A DNA stretch of 64,000 bases, from assembly GCA_947478395.1 (NCBI GenBank), contig CANJVR010000003.1:32001-96000 (forward strand), written 5' to 3'. Positions within the stretch are counted from its first letter, which is position 1. The number at the start of each line of letters is the position of its first letter. Position numbers and translations under genes: made by a program. The notes under the pieces were generated by a model that saw only the letters and a list, made by a program, of their open reading frames with translations, searched no databases and was not told the origin of the DNA. The DNA is from Opitutia bacterium. GTDB lineage: Bacteria > Verrucomicrobiota > Verrucomicrobiia > Opitutales > Opitutaceae. Below are positions 58,935-64,000 of the stretch, piece after piece.

Positions 58935-59834
58935 TTAGGTGTTGCGCATCTCGGGCAAGTCGAGGCCCAGGGTCTCGATAAATTTCTTCATCGCCGGGGT
59001 CAGCACCCGACCTTTGCGGTGCAGGATCGCGAGGGGGCGCGTAAAATCCTTCCCCTTCAAATGCAGCATCGCGAGCGACCCCTGCTTCACTTCCTGCGCC
59101 ACCGTGGCCTGCGGTACGATGGCGATACCATGGTCGATTTCCACCGCCCGTTTCACCGTCTCGATATTGTCGAACTCCATCACGGGCTCGATCTCGAGTT
59201 TATACTCCCGAAAAATCATGTCGACGGCCTTGCGCGTGGGAATGTCAGGATCGAACGCAATAAACTTCTGGGTCGCCAGTTCACGCACATCCACTTCACC
59301 GCTTTTCGCCAACGGATGGCCGGGCGGCGTGATCAGCACCAGACGGTCGTTGCGAAACGGCAGAACCTCGATCTGTCGCTGCTTCACCGGAAAAGCCACC
59401 AGGCCGAAGTCCACCGCGTTATGCAGAATATCCTCATATACCAGATTGGAGCGCCGGTATTCGACCCGGACGTTCACCGATGGAAAATCTTGAAGGAATT
59501 TCTTAATGAACGGCGGCAGCTCGTGCAGCCCGATCGAGTAAATCGTCGAAATCCGGATCGTGCCGCTGATCACCTTTTTCATCTCCTGCAGCTCGCACAT
59601 GAGTTTTTCATAGGTGTGCAACATCTCCTTCGCCGATTCATACACCTGGTAACCTTCGCGCGTGAGCTGGAACTGCTTCTGGCTCCGGTCGATCAGCAAA
59701 GCCTTGAAGTTCCGCTCCATCGCGCGCGCCTGCTGGCTGACCGCTGATTGCGTAATGCTGTTCAACTTTGCCGACTTGGAAAAGCTCTTGGTCTCAACGA
59801 GGTCGGCGAAGATTTTAAAATTCTCAATTTGCAT
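58935..59834 (-). CDS. LysR-family transcriptional regulator
   Basis: SFSKSA…TQSAVSQQ HTH, LTREG, substrate-binding domain. Confidence 0.95.
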   Translation of the reverse strand: MQIENFKIFADLVETKSFSKSAKLNSITQSAVSQQARAMERNFKALLIDRSQKQFQLTREGYQVYESAKEMLHTYEKLMCELQEMKKVISGTIRISTIYSIGLHELPPFIKKFLQDFPSVNVRVEYRRSNLVYEDILHNAVDFGLVAFPVKQRQIEVLPFRNDRLVLITPPGHPLAKSGEVDVRELATQKFIAFDPDIPTRKAVDMIFREYKLEIEPVMEFDNIETVKRAVEIDHGIAIVPQATVAQEVKQGSLAMLHLKGKDFTRPLAILHRKGRVLTPAMKKFIETLGLDLPEMRNT

Positions 59835-59893
59835 GATTAGCGCACGATTGCTCCTTGAACCTGCGTATTACCGCCCGCGCCGTAAATCTCTAA

Positions 59894-60643
59894 GTGAACT
59901 CGCCGCTCCCTTCTCCGCCATCCCGGTTCATCTCCTACGGTGAGTTCGTGCAACGCGCCGATGGGGTCCGCGCCAGCATCGCAGCTGCCTGCGCCCACGT
60001 CGGCCGGGCCGCGGGCGAAGTCGAACTGCTCGCGGTCACAAAAACCCATCCCGTCATGGCCGCCGACTACGCCGCCCGCTATGGCTTGCGCGCCGTCGGC
60101 GAAAACCGCGTGCAGGAAGCCGCCGAAAAACGGCCCCATTGCTCCGCTCCCGCCCTCGCGTGGGAACTCATCGGGCACCTCCAGTCCAACAAGGCCAAAC
60201 TCGCCGCGCAGTATTTCGACCGCGTGCAAAGCGTGGACAGTGAAAAGCTCCTTAACCATCTCGACCGCGCCGCCGCGGAGCTCGGCAAAATTCTGCCGGT
60301 ACTCCTGCAGATCAACGCGGGCCGCGATCCCGCCAAATTTGGTGCGGAACTGGAAGACGCGCCCCGGCTGGTCGAAATCGCCCTCGCCAAAAAAAATCTC
60401 CGCCTCGACGGTTTCATGACGATCGCCCCACTGAGCGCCACGCCCGCGGAAAACACCGCGCACGCCCAGCGGACATTCGCCGCGTTGCGCCAACTTCGCG
60501 ACGATCTCGCCCTGCGCTTCGCCCGACCGCTGCGCGAACTTTCGATGGGCATGAGCGGCGATCTCGCCGAAGCCATCGCGGCCGGTAGCACTCAGGTGCG
60601 CGTCGGCACCGCGCTTTTCGGGGCGCGTCCCGCACCCGTCTGA
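59894..60643 (+). CDS. yggS: PLP homeostasis protein YggS
   Basis: LLAVTK, GENRVQE, IGHLQSNK, LSMGMSGD, VRVGTALFG. Confidence 0.95.
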   Translation: MNSPLPSPPSRFISYGEFVQRADGVRASIAAACAHVGRAAGEVELLAVTKTHPVMAADYAARYGLRAVGENRVQEAAEKRPHCSAPALAWELIGHLQSNKAKLAAQYFDRVQSVDSEKLLNHLDRAAAELGKILPVLLQINAGRDPAKFGAELEDAPRLVEIALAKKNLRLDGFMTIAPLSATPAENTAHAQRTFAALRQLRDDLALRFARPLRELSMGMSGDLAEAIAAGSTQVRVGTALFGARPAPV

Positions 60644-60744
60644 TCGGGCCGCGCGCGATCACGAATAATTGCACCCATTTTTCGCCTCCGATATTGCCAG
60701 CCCGCTGCAACTCTCCTCGCATCACGCGCGTGGAAAATGAAACC

Positions 60745-61599
60745 ATGAGCCCCGACCGGAAGGGAACTCTGCTCCGGTTGCTCGACGACCCTAGCGTCCC
60801 CGTGCGGCGCGCGCTCCTCGCCCATTTCACCGAGCTCGGCGGTGAAGCCGGGCCTTTTTTGCAAGAGGTCGCCCGCGGCTCCAACCGGATCCTCGCCCGC
60901 CACGCCGCGTGGTTTCTCGACGAGCTGAAGTTCACCGATCCCATCTCTGAGTTTCGCGGATTCATTCGCTCGCTCAACTATGAGCTCGAAACCGGCGCGC
61001 TACTCCTGGCCCGAACGGTCAATCCCTCGCTCGACGTCGGAGCGTGCTGCCACGCCCTCGACGCCATCGCCGCCCGGTGCAACGAACTCATCGCCGAACC
61101 CGCCAGCCCCCGGGAAAAATGCCGGGTGCTCAACCGCGTGTTGTTTCACGAATGGGCTTTCCGCGGCAACGTCGAGCATTACACCGACCCGCGTAACAGT
61201 TTCCTCGACCAGGTGCTCATCCGCCGGCAGGGCATTCCGCTCTCCCTCAGCGTCGTTTATCTGCTCGTCGCCGGCCGCCTCGGCCTTCCGCTCGAACCCG
61301 TCGGTTTACCCGGCCATTTCATCGTGGGGTGCTACGCCGACGACGTGCCCTTTTTCGTCGATCCCTACGATCGCGGTCTTTTCCGCGATACGGACGAGGT
61401 TCTCACGATGCTCCGCGGCCATCAGATCGACCCAATGCCCAGCGATCTGATGCCCACGCCCGTCCGCGAAGTGCTCTGCCGGAACTGTCGCAATCTCGTC
61501 AATCACTACACCGCCGCCGGCGATGGCGAACACGCCAAGCTCTTCGCCAGCTTCGTCGAGGAATTCGAGAGCACCTACGAACGGCACGCTGAGCCGTAG
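60745..61599 (+). CDS. SirB1/YchA-like transglutaminase-fold protein
   Basis: FRGN…YTDPRNSFLDQVL.RRQGIPLSLS, LPGHF. Confidence 0.88.
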   Translation: MSPDRKGTLLRLLDDPSVPVRRALLAHFTELGGEAGPFLQEVARGSNRILARHAAWFLDELKFTDPISEFRGFIRSLNYELETGALLLARTVNPSLDVGACCHALDAIAARCNELIAEPASPREKCRVLNRVLFHEWAFRGNVEHYTDPRNSFLDQVLIRRQGIPLSLSVVYLLVAGRLGLPLEPVGLPGHFIVGCYADDVPFFVDPYDRGLFRDTDEVLTMLRGHQIDPMPSDLMPTPVREVLCRNCRNLVNHYTAAGDGEHAKLFASFVEEFESTYERHAEP

Positions 61600-61604
61600 G
61601 CATC

Positions 61605-61683
61605 ACGATTTTTGATTTTCGATTTTGCGCGCCACCCTGTCGGTCGACTCAATCGAAAATCTGAAATCGAAAATCGAAAATTC
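61605..61683. repeat. Heptamer-based inverted repeat overlapping the aroE 5' end
   Basis: CGATTTTTGATTTTCGATTTT…AATCGAAAATCTGAAATCGAAAATCGAAAAT. Confidence 0.8.
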
Positions 61684-62584
61684 CGAGGTTCTCACCCTCG
61701 ACGCTCTCGACACCTGGGCCCACGCGGGCCCTTCGCTGGCCGTGCTCGGCCATCCGATCAAGCACTCGATCAGCCCGGCGATGCACAACGCCGCCTTGGC
61801 GGAACTCAGCCGCAACGAGCGGGATTACTCCGCCTGGCGCTATTTTCGTTTCGACGTTCCTCCGGCCGATCTCCCCGCGGCACTGGACCGTTTCCATGCC
61901 GCCGGTTTTCACGGTCTCAACCTCACCGTGCCCCATAAGGTGATCGCGTTTTCGCACGTCACCCAGATCGATCCCGACGCCCTGCGCATCGGCGCGGTCA
62001 ATACGCTCCTCCGGAAATCCGACGGGTGGCGCGGCTATAATACCGACGGCTACGGCCTCGCCGCCGCCATCCGCGAAACGCTCGGCCACGAACTCGCCGG
62101 CTCGCATATCATACTGCTCGGCGCAGGCGGGGCCGCGCGCGGCGCCGCCGTTGAGTGCATCCAACGCGGGTGCGCCTCCCTCTCGATTGCCAATCGCACA
62201 CACGAAAATCTGGACGCTCTCCTCTCGAGCCTCGCGCCGCTCGCGGGCGGAATTCCTCTGCGCGGTTTCGATCCCGCCCGCCCGCCGGCCAACCTTCCGT
62301 CCGGCGCACTCGTGATCAACGCCACCAGCGCCGGGCTCCGCCTCACTGATCCTGCGCCGGTCGAACTCTCCGCGCTGCCGCGTCCGTCCGCTGTGTTCGA
62401 CATGATCTACAATCCCCCGCTTACGCCTTTGCTGCAGGCCGCGACCGTCCTGGGAATTCCGCGCGCCAACGGCCTCGCGATGCTCGTCCACCAAGGGGCG
62501 AAATCTCTCGAGATCTGGAGCGGCGCACCCGCCATTCAAACCGCGCCCGCCATGGCGTTCGCCGCCCACGCGGCCCTCGGCTGA
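61625..62584 (+). CDS. aroE: Shikimate dehydrogenase
   Basis: GHPIKHSISP.MHN, NLTVPHK, GAVNT, NTDG, GAGGAA, DMIY, MLVHQG. Confidence 0.95.
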   Translation: MRATLSVDSIENLKSKIENSEVLTLDALDTWAHAGPSLAVLGHPIKHSISPAMHNAALAELSRNERDYSAWRYFRFDVPPADLPAALDRFHAAGFHGLNLTVPHKVIAFSHVTQIDPDALRIGAVNTLLRKSDGWRGYNTDGYGLAAAIRETLGHELAGSHIILLGAGGAARGAAVECIQRGCASLSIANRTHENLDALLSSLAPLAGGIPLRGFDPARPPANLPSGALVINATSAGLRLTDPAPVELSALPRPSAVFDMIYNPPLTPLLQAATVLGIPRANGLAMLVHQGAKSLEIWSGAPAIQTAPAMAFAAHAALG

Positions 62585-62652
62585 TCGGAGCTGGCTTGCC
62601 AGCCGCAAATCTGGCCGCGAGCGTGCTCGCACTTTACCACGGGTTTCACCCC

Positions 62653-63567
62653 ATGTCGTCTTACTTTTCTGCCATCACCGCCAGTTTCCCGTGGTTCTTC
62701 CCCGTGTTCGTCACGGTCCTCGGCGCGTGCATCGGCAGTTTTCTCAACGTCGTAATCTACCGCGTCCCCGCGGAAAAATCGATTGTCACGCCCGGCTCGC
62801 AGTGCGCCTGCGGCCATTCCATCGCGTGGTACGATAATATCCCCGCCCTTTCTTGGCTTGTCCTGCGGGGACGCGCCCGGTGCTGCGGGCAAAAATTCTC
62901 CTTTCGCTATCCGTTCGTCGAGCTTCTGACCGCCGTGCTATTTCTCATCTGCTGGTTGCGCTTTCCCCCGGCGGTGGCGGTCTGCGGGTGGGTCTTTGTG
63001 AGCGCGCTGATTTGCGCCACGTTCATTGATCTTGATCACATGATCATCCCGAACGTTTTCACGCTCGGTTTAGGTGTCGCCGGCGTGGCCCTTTCGCTGG
63101 CCGTGCCGGCTTTGCACGGCCAGCACGATAGTTTTTTCGCCCTGGCGAGTCTGCGCGCCGCGACGATTTCGGTGCAGGGGCTGCTCGTGGGTTCGGGCCT
63201 CGTGCTGTGGTTCGCATTGCTCGCGGAGGCGGTGCTGAAAAAAGAGGCCATGGGCTTTGGCGATGTCACATTTGTGGGCGCGATCGGAGCATTTTGCGGC
63301 TGGCAGGGCGCGGTCGTCGCGCTTTTCGGCGGCTCCGTCGTGGGCATGATCTGGCTTTCGATCGCTTTCGTTTGGGGTAAAATCGCCGGCCGCACGGCCA
63401 CGGCCCAAGTCCTGAAAGCCGAAACGCCCGAGGGAGAACCCGCCGCCATCGGCTTCGGGGTCCACGTGCCGTTCGGACCGATGCTCGCGATCGCGGCCGC
63501 GATTCACTTTCTTTTTCTCCGCGATGCGGTGGCGCGGTACTTCGAGCAGTTTTCGCAAATGTTCTAG
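62653..63567 (+). CDS. pilD: Prepilin peptidase (A24)
   Basis: GSFLNVVIYR, WYDNIP, YPFVE, FIDLD, MGFGD, PFGP. Confidence 0.93.
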   Translation: MSSYFSAITASFPWFFPVFVTVLGACIGSFLNVVIYRVPAEKSIVTPGSQCACGHSIAWYDNIPALSWLVLRGRARCCGQKFSFRYPFVELLTAVLFLICWLRFPPAVAVCGWVFVSALICATFIDLDHMIIPNVFTLGLGVAGVALSLAVPALHGQHDSFFALASLRAATISVQGLLVGSGLVLWFALLAEAVLKKEAMGFGDVTFVGAIGAFCGWQGAVVALFGGSVVGMIWLSIAFVWGKIAGRTATAQVLKAETPEGEPAAIGFGVHVPFGPMLAIAAAIHFLFLRDAVARYFEQFSQMF

Positions 63568-63585
63568 GTCAAGGTCGCGACCGGC

Positions 63586-64000
63586 TCACAGCAGTTCTGC
63601 GATCGCGCGGCGCAAGACCGGCCGCACCGCCCGCGCGAGCGTTTCGTTTGCGTAGCCCATCCACGCAATCGGCGCCGTCGTGTTTAGCGGCGCCCGCAGC
63701 ACTTTCCCATCAGGCGCTTCGACCAGGCATCCCGCCTCCTGCGCGATCAGTGCGGTGCAAATATCGTAAGGGTGACAGCAGAGCGTCGCACTCGAGTAGC
63801 CGAGTTTCGCATACGCCAGTGGCCGCAGATCGCCCAACATACGGTCGTGCCCGACCATCAGTTCGTGCAATTGCCCGCCGGTACAAATGTATTGGTCGTC
63901 GAACACGAGCTGGCCTCCGTTCTTGCCCAGAATCCCCAGCCCGCGCCACACCGCTTCCTCGACGGCGCCGAGCAGCGCCTTTCCTTCCGGAAAAAATCGC
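63586..64000 (-). CDS. Inositol monophosphatase-family protein, 5'-truncated by window edge
   Basis: Frame open to the edge; FDDQYICTGGQ, HPYDIC…AQEAG. Confidence 0.7.
   Translation of the reverse strand, partial: RFFPEGKALLGAVEEAVWRGLGILGKNGGQLVFDDQYICTGGQLHELMVGHDRMLGDLRPLAYAKLGYSSATLCCHPYDICTALIAQEAGCLVEAPDGKVLRAPLNTTAPIAWMGYANETLARAVRPVLRRAIAELL

Overview
GC-rich bacterial chromosomal window, most likely Verrucomicrobiota (Opitutaceae-like; inferred from gene content and protein style, not from a search). It holds about 58 intact CDSs. Housekeeping genes include ribH-nusB-ftsY, rplM-rpsI, rsmE/rsmD, cca, an arg cluster (argC, argJ, argB, argD, argF, argG) with argJ inverted, yggS, aroE and a prepilin peptidase. 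Other blocks are a xylonate dehydratase/FAH pair, secreted carbohydrate-related proteins, and an MCE (MlaE/F/D) operon led by an unknown aromatic-Pro repeat protein. There is also a TonB-dependent receptor flanked by one intact and one truncated S9 peptidase, an orphan xdhC-mocA-cyclase unit, and several decayed regulatory-gene remnants. No rRNA, tRNA, CRISPR array or transposase was recognised. The most striking signal is a set of short palindromic REP/RPE-like repeat families. They occur between genes and also IN FRAME inside protein-coding genes (ftsY, an OGG1-like glycosylase, a GH20 hydrolase, a SIS-domain protein, a glycosylase-like protein, probably aroE). Two unrelated genes carry the same element translated as GARPxSA...ADxGVRAP. 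Product calls come from motif recognition only; no database searches were run.
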